NCBI GenBank assembly: GCA_950097015.1
Contig: CATNEN010000030.1
Span: 2,790,001-2,854,000 of the forward strand
Length of the DNA: 64,000 bases
Source: Macrostomum hystrix
Lineage: Eukaryota > Animalia > Platyhelminthes
Reading direction: 5' to 3'
Part shown: piece by piece, positions 1 to 12,075 of the stretch
Layout: each line of letters starts with the position of its first letter
How positions within the stretch are numbered: position 1 is the stretch's first letter
The notes under the pieces: generated by a model
The model's database searches: none
Seen by the model: the letters and a program-made list of their open reading frames with translations, nothing else
Told to the model about the DNA's origin: nothing
Translations under genes and position numbers: made by a program

Positions 1-135
1 GCCCGTACCGAGGAGATCTTCGACAAGATGGACGACAACGGCGACGGTGTGCTGTGCCGCGAGGAGTTCATGAAGGGCTGCATGGCCGACAAGCAGCTCT
101 ACTCCATGCTGCTGGCAGACGAGCCCGCCGAGTGA
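1..135 (+). CDS. 3' end (EF-hand 4) of a neuronal calcium sensor family protein (NCS-2/neurocalcin-like); gene starts upstream of the window
   Basis: Frame 1 reads ARTEEIFDKMDDNGDGVLCREEFMKGCMADKQLYSMLLADEPAE*. Canonical EF-hand loop DDNGDGVLCREE followed by the NCS-type EEFxxG..D...ML tail. Confidence 0.85.
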   Translation, partial: ARTEEIFDKMDDNGDGVLCREEFMKGCMADKQLYSMLLADEPAE

Positions 136-369
136 CCCGCTGAGAGACTGTCCAGTTGGGAAAGTCCGCCAGCCCCTTCATTGTCTCAGCCACCTGCCCA
201 GATATGCTTTTTCCCTTTCTCGCGACATTCACTCATTGTTATTCATTTAGTATGCTAAAGTAAATTTATTTTTTATTGTCTCTTCTTAACTGCTTGCGCA
301 AGTTTTAGGGTGGGGCTTGGGCTTTTAGGGGAGCAGAGCATGTTTCTTTTGGAGTAGAGAGTAGGCTAT

Positions 370-1407
370 TGTGTTGCAGAGCTGAAGGCGAGTGTGTTGC
401 AGAGCTGAAGGCGAGTGTGTTGCAGAGTTGTAGGCGAGTGTGTTGCAGAGCTGAAGGCGAGTGTGTTGCAGAGCTGAAGGCGAGTGTGTTGCAGTATTGA
501 AGGCGAGTGTGTTGCAGAGTTGAAGGCGAGTGTGTTGCAGAGTTGTAGGCGAGTGTGTTGCAGAGCTGAAGGCGAGTGTGTTGCAGAGTTGAAGGCGAGT
601 GTGTTTCAGAGTTGTAGGCGAGTGTGTTGCAGAGTTGAAGGCGAGTGTGTTGCAGAGTTGAAGGCGAGTGTGTTGCAGAGTTGAAGGCGAGTGTGTTACA
701 GAGTTGAAGGCGAGTGTGTTGCAGAGCTGAAGGCGAGTGTGTTGCAGAGTTGAAGGCGGGTGTGTTGCAGAGTTGAAGGCGAGTGTGTTGCAGAGTTGAA
801 GGCGAGTGTGTTGCAGAGTTGAAGGCGAGTGTGTTGCAGAGTTGAAGGCGAGTGTGTTGCAGAGTTGTAGGCGAGTGTGTTGCAGAGTTGAAGGCGAGTG
901 TGTTGCAGAGTTGAAGGCGAGTGTGTTGCAGAGTTAAAGGCGAGTGTGTTGCAGAGTTGTAGGCGAGTGTGTTACAGAGTTGAAGGCGAGTGTGTTGCAG
1001 AGTTGAAGGCGAGTGTGTTGCAGTATTGAAGGCGAGTGTGTTGCAGTATTGAAGGCGAGTGTGTTGCAGAGCTGAAGGCGAGTGTGTTGCAGAGTTGAAG
1101 GCGGGTGTGTTGCAGAGTTGAAGGCGAGTGTGTTGCAGAGCTGAAGGCGAGTGTGTTGCAGAGTTGAAGGCGAGTGTGTTGCAGAGCTGAAGGCGAGTGT
1201 GTTGCAGAGTTGAAGGCGAGTGTGTTGCAGAGTTGTAGGCGAGTGTGTTGCAGAGTTGAAGGCGAGTGTGTTGCAGTATTGAAGGCGAGTGTGTTGCAGA
1301 GTTGAAGGCGAGTGTGTTGCAGAGTTGAAGGCGAGTGTGTTGCAGAGTTGAAGGCGAGTGTGTTGCAGAGCTGAAGGCGAGTGTGTTGCAGAGTTGAAGG
1401 CGAGTGT
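370..1407. repeat. Minisatellite, 23-bp unit GTGTGTTGCAGAGTTGAAGGCGA (~45 copies)
   Basis: Tandem unit read directly; explains the spurious ORFs at 305..1530. Confidence 0.97.
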
Positions 1408-2485
1408 AATTCTGTATGCGGTCATGTTTGTGAGCATACATGTATTCTCAACGGCACTGAACTCCAGCGCACCTGTTTCTCGATCGCCCCTGTCCAGACT
1501 CATCTGTATCATCGTCTTCTTCCTTTCCATTCTTTTTTCTCTCTTTTTTTATCAAAATGTTCACTATTATTATTAGAAGCGAATGAAAACATTGTTAAGT
1601 TCAGACGGAAGTTTTGCTCGTTAGAAAAGAAAGGAATAATTATGAGATTCGTTCTTTGCCTTTGTCGCTTAATTATAAGTACATATAGCACACGCTTCGG
1701 ATAAATTTGAATGTTAAACAAACAAAATTAAAAAACTCTAAAACGCGCACTTTGTGTTTTGCTGACATCACTCAGTGATCAGTGATCCCCAGTTCGCACT
1801 TCTTTATTGCACACCTTGCTAGCTGTTTCTCTCCCCTGTAATTTCTACCTGGCCACTGAACGGATTGATTGTTTAAAAAAATTCGTCCCTTTTTAAATGT
1901 GATTTAATTACTAAAAACTACGAGTGTAGTTTAAATTTTAGAACAGAGACGCTCTCACGTGCAGCTAAGCCTGTATAATTGGAGCACAGTTGACTAATAT
2001 TCAACTTATATTATGTGAACGCAAGCGAAACAAAGAATTAAAGAAACTAGACATTTGCACATACCTTAAGCGAGAACACACAGGCCCAAAAATATGACAT
2101 TAATAAATAGCAAGAGTATCACATACATGTATGTAAAGGTATAACAATCTATGCTACTGCTATATGTTCCTTTCTGTTCCCCGATATTATTTGTGTAACT
2201 ATGTGGCTCTGCTTACTAAATGCGTCTCTGTTTCTCTTCTTCTGTCACGCGATCTCTTTTTTAATCTGTTTATTTATTCAGCTCCGTGATGGCGCCGGGG
2301 ATCCCCTGTTAATAATCACTGAAAACTCAAATTCCGATTCCGCAATCATATTAATAATTCAATAAATGGGACAATGCGTGCAGTTCTATTCTCTGCGCTT
2401 TTAATCGTGATTTACTTTCGGTCTGTCTAAATATCAGTTGCGACTTACCTGGACTCTATCGCAAGTGTGCTTAGCATGAGCATGG

Positions 2486-2860
2486 TGTTTATCAGTCACG
2501 TGCTTATACATCAGGTGCTTATCTTCCTGCATGGTGTTTATCAGTCACGTGCTTATACATCAGGTGCTTATCTTCCTGGTGTTTATCAGTCACGTGCTTA
2601 TAAATCAGGTGCTTATCTTCCTGGTGCTTATCAGTCACGTGCTTATAAATCAGGTGCTTATCTTCCTGGAGTTTATCAGTCACGTGCTTATAAATCAGGT
2701 GCTTATCTTCCTGGTGTTTATCAGTCACGTGCTTATAAATCAGGTGCTTATCTTCCTGGTGTTTATCAGTCACGTGCTTATATATCAGGTGCTTATCTTC
2801 CTGGTGCTTATCAGTGGGTGCTTATCAGTGGGTGCTTATCAGTGGGTGTTTATCAGTCAT
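2486..2860. repeat. Minisatellite, 45-bp unit built from three 15-bp GTGYTTAT subunits, each unit containing GTCACGTG
   Basis: Unit GTGTTTATCAGTCAC-GTGCTTATAAATCAG-GTGCTTATCTTCCTG, ~7 full copies. Confidence 0.95.
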
Positions 2861-3474
2861 GTTCTTGTAAATCAGGCGATGGTTTATAAGTCGCAGATTT
2901 CATTCAATCCAGGTAGTCAAAGGTTTCAATCGAAATGTTTCATTCAGCTTGAGCCAGATAATATTAGGGTTTTAGCTGATCTCCAGACATCACAAACCTA
3001 CCTAATCAAATAAAGCAGTGTTAGCCAGAGGCACAATTTCACAACAAACGCGCCTTTACGCACCCAGGAAACACAGCATCAGACATTAGACTAACTGGGG
3101 ACTGGTGGCAATTTAGTTTGCTCATAGAATTTCCCCTCCCCAGGGAGCTGCATGGCAACTCGCGACAGTTTTTTCTTCCCGCCGTGCAGGCAGCTAAAAT
3201 TGCAGCAAAGTGCTCAAAGTTTGCGCATAGCAACAAGCTTCTGCTAAAGGCGTGTGTGGCCTTGTTCTACCACAGCTGGCAGTTGTGCGTGTTGGATAGG
3301 GATCAGGATGAAAGTGAAACTCGATTATCCCAATGCCGCCGAGCAGGGATGCTTTTGGCTAATGGGATCAAAACAGCAATTCTTGGAGGGGTTCGATTTC
3401 ACTGCTAGGTTTTTTGTGAAAGTACAACCTGCGCCAAAATACATCAAGATCGGCTCGTTTTCCATCCGCTTCTG

Positions 3475-3535
3475 TATAGCCGCCACAGCCTATGCGTTAA
3501 GGTCCCGAGTTCGAATCCCTCAATATCAAGTGACT
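3475..3535 (+). mobile_element. Degenerate tRNA-derived SINE head fragment
   Basis: B-box-like GAGTTCGAATCC; no complete cloverleaf. Confidence 0.35.
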
Positions 3536-4096
3536 GAAAGTGCATTTCACTAACTACACATTTATGTTTTGTGTTACCTTGCTCCTACTAATGTGATAGT
3601 ATTAGTGAAAACCTAGCAACTACAGTTTGTACAGTTCCTCCACTTAACCGGCGAAGTGTTTGTATAGCCATCGCCTAACTTTCATAGCGACACCTGACAC
3701 CTGGCCTTAGGCAGCTCTATGAGCATAGCAATGCATTAGAATGTGCCTCTTCTCCAAACAGTCAACCAAGCCTCAGCACATGTAGACATCGGGTTTTTAT
3801 ATACCTCCTACTAACTGCATTGGGTGAGCATCCAGCCGAAAATCTTGGAATCAATCCTGAAGTTTGTACTTTAGCTGGGCTCTTACTTTCGTCCGGAGCA
3901 ACGCAAGCACACGAAACTCAAGAACACACGCCAACTTTTTGTTGCGCACCTTTTGAAACAATAATCAAGTCGCCAGCTCTTCAGACCGTCGAGATATTCA
4001 ATGGTTCTGGCCGAAAGTCGGATTTTTTCCATAAGCGCTAGTGTATTTTATACACCCCTATACACGAATTAGCACTGCGCCTCAGTGCGGCCTTGC

Positions 4097-5674
4097 CAGG
4101 CATTCAAAATTTATCAGCATGTCAGTCAGTGGGCCGCATTGAATGTAGAAATATGAGACACGGGAGAGATGAGAAAAGGTAGAGTTGAGACACGGGATAG
4201 ATGAGACACGGGAGAGATGAGACACAGGAGAGATGAGACACGGGATAGATAAGACACAGGAGAGATGAGACACGGGATAGATGAGACACAGGAGAGATGA
4301 GACACGGGATAGATGAGACACGGGATAGATGAGACACGGGATAGATGAGACACGGGATAGATGAGACACGGGAGAGATGAGACACAGGAGAGATGAGACA
4401 CGGGATAGATAAGACACAGGAGAGATGAGACACGGGATAGATGAGACACAGGAGAGATGAGACACGGGATAGATGAGACACGGGATAGATGAGACACGTG
4501 AGAGATGAGACACGGGAAAAATGAGACACGGGAGAAATGAGACACGGGAGAGATGAGACACGTGAGAGATGAGACACGGGAGAGATGAGACACGGTAGAG
4601 ATGAGACACGGGAGAGATGAGACACAGGATAGATGAGATCAGGAGAGATAAGGCTCAGGAGAGATGAGGCTCAGGAGAGATGAGACACGGGAGAGATGAG
4701 ACACGGGAGAAATGAGACAAGGCAGAAATGAGACACGTGAGAGATGAGACACGGGAGAGATAAGGCTCAGGAGAGATGAGGCACAGGAGAGATGAGACAC
4801 GGGAGAGATGAGACACGGTAGAGATGAGACACGGTAGAGATGAGACACGTGAGAGATGAGACACGGGAGAGATGAGACACGGTAGAGATGAGACACGGTA
4901 GAGATGAGACATGGTAGAGATGAGACACGGGAGAGATGAGCCACGGGAGAGATAAGGCTCAGGAGAGATGAGGCACAGGAGAGATGAGACACGGGAGAGA
5001 TGAGACACGGTAGAGATGAGACACGGTAGAGATGAGACACGTGAGAGATGAGACACGGGAGAGATGAGACACGGTAGAGATGAGACACGGTAGAGATGAG
5101 ACATGGTAGAGATGAGACACGGGAGCGATGAGACACGGGATAGATGAGACACGGGATAGATGAGACACGGGAGAGATGAGATCGGGAGAGATAAGGCTCA
5201 GGAGAGATGAGGCTCAGGAGAGATGAGACACGGGAGAGATGAGACACGGGAGAAATGAGACAAGGCAGAAATGAGACACGTGAGAGATGAGACACGTGAG
5301 AGATGAGACACGTGAGAGATGAGACACGGGATAGATGAGACACGGGAGAGATAAGGCTCAGGAGAGATGAGGCTCAGGAGAGATGAGGCACAGGAGAGAT
5401 GAGACACGGGAGAGATGAGACACGGTAGAGATGAGACACGGTAGAGATGAGACACGTGAGAGATGAGACACGGGAGAGATGAGACATGGTAAAGATGAGA
5501 CAGGGGAGCGATGAGACACGGGATAGATGAGACACGGGATAGATGAGACACGGGAGAGATGAGACACGGTAGAGATGAGACAGGGGAAAGATGAAACTGT
5601 AGGTTCCGGATGGCACAACGGGCCGGATTTGGGAGCTTCGAGGGCCGCATCTGGCCGGAGTTTGCCGACTCCTG
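4097..5674. mobile_element. hAT-Charlie-like MITE whose interior is occupied by a minisatellite
   Basis: Right end GGGCCGGATTTGG..GAGGGCCGCATCTGGCCGGAGTTTGCCGACTCCTG resembles Charlie-type MITE ends. Left end CAGG..AGTGGGCCGCATT is degenerate. No TSD found. Confidence 0.45.
4154..5592. repeat. Purine-rich minisatellite, 16-bp unit GAGATGAGACACGGGA, with higher-order block duplication
   Basis: Tandem unit; variant blocks (ATAAGGCTCAGGA, GAGGCACAGGA, ACGGTAGA) recur in the same order. Confidence 0.96.
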
Positions 5675-6392
5675 GTGTAAATACAAAACCAGCGGAACTT
5701 ATCAAAGTGATCAATAGTCGGTTCATTCCCATCTTGTATTTCGTCAAATCTATGTCTTTGACACGTTAATTTTTTAATACCTCATTTTGGATTGTAAATT
5801 AGTTACTGCAGTGTATACGAGCTACTATCATGGATCGATGCTTCCGCGATGCAGGCCTGCAAGCAGCCACGCCAAAGTGACAAAATTTCAATTCAGATAA
5901 AAAGCAAATAGCTTTTATCTCTATAAGAATCATAAAAAACGTTTTTCGGCTACTCCATTGTACTATGCATGTAATATTTCATAGCTATGAAAATCCCTGC
6001 ACCAGCTTTGTGCTGATACCTCTTAGAAGGTCTTCAGCATAGAATACACTGTGTATTCTGTGGTCTTCAGCTTATCTTTTTCAATTAGCCTCTTTCTTTG
6101 CATTTCCTCCCCATATGCCATACATAGGCGCAACTTAAGTCTTAAAGCCGAAAGAAACCTAATCTGGATTTATTTTTTTCAGAGGATTACAGTATATTAG
6201 ATATATTGTGGCAAAAGAGAGAGAGAGTGCTACACTCCGATCTATAGAATATTTAAAATGTGACAATGAGATCCTTTTAAAAATGGCATTTAGTATAATT
6301 CGACACTTCGTTATATAATGTTAATATTTGTATTACATTATCTTATATGTCATATTCTAGTACAACTCCAGATTTCTTTTAATCTGCTCAGT

Positions 6393-7097
6393 TGTGACGT
6401 TGTCACTTGTTGAAGGCATCCCTGCGCCCCTACAATATTACTCTATGCGTTGATTATATGCTTAATTTCCAAATTATGTACTTGCGAGGGCCGTTTTAAC
6501 TCATCGTATAATATTATCCAATTCTGTTAATTTATATTAGTAAGTCAAATTATTAGTGCGCTACTGTCAGTAACCATAAACGTATATCGCGCCATTCTAG
6601 CTACTTACTACGCGTATCTTAATGTATTTTCCCCCCGGCCAATGAGCGTGCGAGCTCTGGCTGGCCGGAAGTATCGATCGCTTTGTTTTTCAATCAGCCT
6701 AGTTTACTTAATCAAGGGCTTCAGGCCCGCTCGCGTCTCACTTTCTTTCCGGCCCGCTCGCGCTCCACTGGTTCTGCGCTCCACTGGTTCTGGTTCTTTC
6801 TTTCCGGCTGGTTCTGCGCTCCACTGGTTCTTTCTTCCTCACTTTCGTTATCGCCATTCTCGCTCTTCTACGTTTCGTGCCGTGACTTTTCTCACTCACT
6901 ACACTCCACTACATTCGGTTCTGACACTCACCATTACGAGCTCCTACGCCTTACATTACGCCCTGCTTGTCGACGTCCCAGTGCATACAGAATAAAAGTG
7001 CTACCGCTACGTCACCCACATTACTGACTTTGAATTGCCGAACTTACAATTGCCGCTGCTCAGACTTCGACTTCGTCCTTTGTGTTTAATCGTCACA
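6393..7097 (+). mobile_element. Solo LTR (705 bp), probably Gypsy/Ty3
   Basis: TG...CA ends with a 7-bp terminal inverted repeat TGTGACG/CGTCACA. 4-bp TSD CAGT on both sides (6389-6392, 7098-7101). Internal CCAAT (6639), CCGGAAGT (6665) and AATAAA (6991). Confidence 0.8.
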
Positions 7098-7850
7098 CAG
7101 TGACTCAATAGCTGAGGGTATTCATGTATTTGTATTCTGCAAGGAAAATTTTCAGCATGCAGCTTCTTGGCCCCACCCTAAACATATTGTATATTCGATC
7201 ATTTACGTGTTAATCGATGCAGCTAACATAAATAACAAAATCCCAAGAATAATAGTTAATACATAAAACCTCTGACTGTATCGCAGAGATATTGCAGTGG
7301 ATCATTTATTGCTCTGAAAGAGGATCAGAGAATGGCCAAAAGCATAAATAAAAAGGTTTAACTAGCTTTCGTTTAATGCGCCGCGATTTCAACCTCTATT
7401 ATAGGTCCAGCGGATAAATTTATATTAACTTTCAAATGACCCGCTGCAAATATAAATAAAATAAATAAAATTGTAATAATTCGTTAACTTTATTTAACTA
7501 ACAGCATGTCGAAGGCAAACTAAATTTAAAGTGTATATGTTTCTCAATATAAGTTTTGATCTTATCGCGGGGAGGAGTCGCCGCTCTAGGCGCGCTTCGC
7601 TCGTTCTTTTAATTAGTAATCATTGTTGGAGAGCTTAGCGTCTAGCTTATTATCCCAGTGTGGGTACAAAGATAGCAGCGCTTATATCTAAAAAATAAGT
7701 TCAAATAAAAAAATGGGTTAAAAAGCATAAAATGTTAACAAACAGCTAAAAACTAAAATATTTATTATTTAGTACGCGTAATACGTGTAACTACGACGTT
7801 TTTTTATAAACACAAGCGAGAACGTATTTTTTTAAATATAGCTACTTCTA

Positions 7851-8894
7851 CTACACCTTTTAACTTTCTATTATAGAAAAGGTGCACTCGATATTGACAT
7901 CGTTGCATCCAATTTTGACAGTCTGTGGCAGCGCTAGCTAAAATGTTCAACCTATTTTGACACACTTTGGTTCACTTCTGACAATTTGCATCCGATATTG
8001 ACAAACTTCAAGCTTTGTTGACACTTTGCAAGCAACTATGACATCGGGCAATCGATTGACACCGGGTTACAAATCAATGCCTTTTTCTCGCTGTCTATGG
8101 GAACAAGTCTGCTCATATGCATCCATCTTTGACACTGTGCATCCAAAATTGACACAACATGATTGACACAACACAAGTAATGACTTTTCCACAAACTATT
8201 CCTTTTTGCCATAGACTACGTGTACCATATACGAGCAATGTGGCCTACATGTAACATGGATTTAGGTTTCCGATGAATACATAGTTGTTGTCCTATTAAA
8301 CATTTTCTCGGTTAGCCCTGCCGTTTAGCCTTTTGTATGGCCGGGGCGCGTGTCAACGTCAAAGTCAGCGAAGACGACAGGAGGCGCTTAATGAAAATGG
8401 TGACGACTTCGTTCACCTTGCTCATGCTTTAGGTATCAAGAGAACCACTGCGTATGCTATTGTTAGCAGTGAACGAGTAGAAAAGTTACCAAAAGGTGGC
8501 CGTACATTCATACGAGTGGAATTTGTTCGTACGTGAGGAAAAGTTATTACTTGAAGTACATTAGAGCAATATTATGTGAATAATGTTGTGTCAATTTTGG
8601 ATGCACAGTGTCAAAGACGGATGCATATGAGCAGACTTGTTCCCATAGACAGCGAGAAAAAGGCATTGATTTGTAACCCGGTGTCAGAATCGATTGCCCG
8701 ATGTCATAGTTGCTTGCAAAGTGTCAACAAAGCTTGAAGTTTGTCAATATCGGATGCAAATTGTCAGAAGTGAACCAAAGTGTGTCAAAATAGGTTGAAC
8801 ATTTTAGCTAGCGCTGCCACAGACTGTCAAAATTGGATGCAACGATGTCAATATCGAGTGCACCTTTTCTATAATAGAAAGTAAAAAGGTGTAG
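7851..8894 (+). mobile_element. Internally deleted Tc1/IS630-like DNA transposon with ~310-bp TIRs
   Basis: 7851-8160 is the near-perfect reverse complement of 8583-8894; both ends contain TA. The interior (ATG 8337) encodes a frameshifted transposase N-terminus MAGARVNVKVSEDDRRRL/ENGDDFVHLAHALGIKRTTAYAIV..LPKGG (HTH plus GRPR-like motif). Confidence 0.85.
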
Positions 8895-8981
8895 CAAGTT
8901 TGGGCCCCCTTCGAGGAGCAGAAATATCTTTCGTCCAGTATATACTTTTTAGCAGCTGTATTTTCAGCTTTTTGTAAGCTA

Positions 8982-9492
8982 CAATGATCCCCCAGTTGAC
9001 AATGATCCCCCATTTGATGATGAACCCCTATTGATGATGATCCCCAGTTGACAACGATCCCCCAGTTGACAATGATCCCCCAGTTGACAATGATTCCCCT
9101 GCAGTTGACCATGATCCCGCAGTTGACAATGATCCCCCAGTTGACCATGATCCCCCAGTTGACAATGGTCCCCCAGTTGACCATGATCCCCCAGTTGACA
9201 ATGATCCCCCAGTTGACCATGATCCCCCAGTTGACAATGATCCCCCAGTTGACAATGATCCCCAGTTGACAATGATCCCCCAGTTGACAATGATCCCCAG
9301 TTGACCATAATCCCCCAATTTGATGATGACTCCCCATTGACAATGATCCCCCAGTTGACAATGATCCCCCAGTTGACCATGATCCACCAGTTGACAATGA
9401 TCCCCCAGTTGACAATGATCCCCCAGTTGACCATGATCCCCCAATTTGATGATGACTTCCCATTGATGATGATCCCCAGTTGACAATGTTCC
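8982..9492. repeat. Minisatellite, 18-bp unit GATCCCCCAGTTGACAAT
   Basis: Tandem unit read directly. Confidence 0.95.
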
Positions 9493-9663
9493 GCAGTTGA
9501 ATTTTTATATTAACTGCTTTTGTAGAAAATTGAGAAGAACAACATTTAATTTATATTAGACAAAATTAATATCATACAAATATATATCATTATGAGTTTT
9601 ATGAAGTTATAAGATAACAAAATCTAAATGTAGAGAATTCCATTCAATGACAAAAGAATAATT

Positions 9664-9970
9664 TTGCCATGATTCAAACTCTGGTTGGCTATGATTTAAA
9701 CTCTGGTTTAGCCATGATTCACACTCTGGTGTAGCGATGATTCAAACTCTGGTTTAGCCATGATTCAAACGCCGGTTTAGCCATGATTCAAACTCTGCTT
9801 TTGCCATGATTCAAACTCTGGTTTTGCAATTATTTAAACTCTGATTTTGCTATGATTCAAACTCTTGTTTAGCCATGATTCAAACTCGGGTTTTGCCATG
9901 ATTCAAACTCTGATTTTGCCATGATTCAAACTCTGGTTGGCTATGATTCAAACACTGGTTTTGCCATGCA
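9664..9970. repeat. Minisatellite, 23-bp unit GCCATGATTCAAACTCTGGTTTA
   Basis: Tandem unit, ~13 copies. Confidence 0.93.
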
Positions 9971-10729
9971 AAAGTTAATTAAATTTTTCCCCTTTATTTT
10001 AAAAATTAAATAAATATTTATCGCTTCGCATCCACCACTACTGACCGACAATTAGTTTCAATGATTTGACGCAGTGCAGAGTCGAACCAGGGACACTTCG
10101 CCTAGCCTAGCTTAACCTATTCCTAGTGCCTACACATCGGCTACTCCGAATTCTGGCTTTGTACAAATAGAGTACACTTAGGTTGTGTACCTTTATTTCA
10201 AATTTGTGTCCAGATCGTGCAGGCTTCTAACTCAGGCAGCTAGGGGGTGTTGCACAAGTTGACGACGCAATTCCAATTCAGCGGCAGTCAGTGAAATTCT
10301 CAATAGGCGAAGATGGTTTGACCTTTGAAAATATGGGCACAAAATAATGGTTTAGAATGAAGCAATTTTTTAAGCAAAAAGTTGTGTACCGTTGCTGAAA
10401 AAATTGGCATCTTTTGGCGAAAGAATGGTGAAAATCGGTTCAGCAGTTTTTTTATAATCAGGGATAGAAAGTAGAAATGTACACACAGTATAACAGGAGA
10501 GCGCTGAGGCAGTGTGCCCACTAAAAACAGAAGCCAGCTCAGCCTGTACACATTTGGGCAGTAATTATAGTAATTATCTCGCCAGTGGGGTTGACACAGC
10601 TATGCACATTTGGGTGAGAAATTTCTTATCAGTACGCTCGCCTAACAAAACTGGCTCTGATGCAATCATAAAAATTGGCACTGGAGCCTCACTGTGCACA
10701 AGTTGAATAAATGAATCCATTGAAAGGTC

Positions 10730-10910
10730 TATGTAAACCAGTTTTTTCGAATATTTAATTCCCTTGGCAATGGAATTAAGCTTAATAAAAATATGTGTAC
10801 CGATTCGGGACCATTTGACATATTTTGGTGAAGGAATTGTGAAAATTGGTTGAGCCGTTCGGAAGATAGTTTGATTGCAAACATACAAACAAAGATACAT
10901 GTATACATAA
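10730..10910. mobile_element. Dispersed repeat fragment (Helitron/HINE-like), copy 1
   Basis: Shares GTTTTTCGAATATTTAATxCCCTTGGCA..AAAATTGGT..CAAACA-microsatellite with 11895-12075, an arrangement typical of non-autonomous Helitron ends. Confidence 0.35.
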
Positions 10911-11894
10911 AATATTTTTTGTTGCAGTTCTGAATCTGATAACGCCTGCAGCTATGCTCAAAAACTCTCCTTAGTTTTTAGTATTGAATAAAACTTGCTG
11001 CTTCACTCGAAAATACTTATATTCTTTTCTGAGAGCGAGTACAGTAATAATAAAGCTAACAAATATCTGCTTCGACAGTAGCTAACCAAAAGCGCTTACT
11101 ATTTATACTCGAACCCAAAAATGGCCAATAAAAAATACTAATAAACAGTAACTTACGTTTTTAACTGTTGATGATAGAAGATTTGAAGAAAAAGAAGAGT
11201 AACAAAGCTAATGCTGAAATTGGATCTGCATTCTGCAGAATAATAAAAGTACTTTACTTCGGAGCTAGATGAAAAGAAAGCGGCACAACGATCGAAGTCA
11301 AGACAAGGTTTGACAATAGAAAGGCTGCAGTTTTATGGATAGTGTGAGAGATACAATTCAGACTACTGACAACAGTAGAAAAGCAAAGACTTGGCTGTAA
11401 AACTCTCACATAACACTAAAAAAGTATCGCCATAAAATTGCAAGGTTAAAGGAGACTTCTGTGCACACTAAGAGTGGTGGGAGAGGACGGCGTGTGGCTA
11501 TGGCTGACTGACGAAGGCAAACAAGCCAGAAACCGGTCTCGGTCTGCCAGCGCGAGGTTCGTTCCCCACTTTTAGTGTGTTTCAGATAGAAAGGAGGAGG
11601 AGAGGTCTCGCTGGCATTGAGCATCATAAAAGCCCAATCATGAAATCTGCTATGTACGAGATTACGTTTTACTTATTCAAATCAAATCACTCAATCAGCC
11701 AAGAGACAAATTTATAAACGTACGCACGGGTCGAAAAGCAGTGACGCAATCCTATTCAATTGAGAGTATCGGGCCCTGTTCTGTGCTATACCAATGCACG
11801 CGCGGGCGTGAAAAGGCACCGATGCAATCTAATAAAACTGACAGTGTCCGGACCTATTCCAATTTAACCTTGTTTGGCCTCCTATTGAAAGCAA

Positions 11895-12075
11895 TAGGAA
11901 AACTAGTTTTTCGAATATTTAATACCCTTGGCATTGAGACAGAATGATGAAATTTGATCAGTCTAATCCTTGGATGAATTGGCACTTTTTGGTGAAAACA
12001 GGAAAAAAATTGGTCTAGCCATTCATTCGCTAGAGCATTTCAGATGGACAAACAAACAAACAAACAAACAGTTTG
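11895..12075. mobile_element. Dispersed repeat fragment (Helitron/HINE-like), copy 2
   Basis: Homologous to 10730-10910; ends in a (CAAA)n run. Confidence 0.35.

Noticed and set aside
305-1530. Long ORFs across this and other minisatellites (also 2467-3013, 4082-5747, 8804-9486, 15485-15880, 23997-24318, 24621-25067, 38991-39837, 57336-57710)
   Set aside because: Each is a translation of a stop-poor tandem unit, open in several frames, with no splice context or protein family signal.
11157-11232. Minus-strand exon with good splice sites; an SL AUG would give a signal-peptide-like MNADPISALALLLFFFF
   Set aside because: That frame stops within the exon. The other open frame has no recognisable product or phase-compatible upstream exon. 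It may be a non-coding exon but is unsupported.
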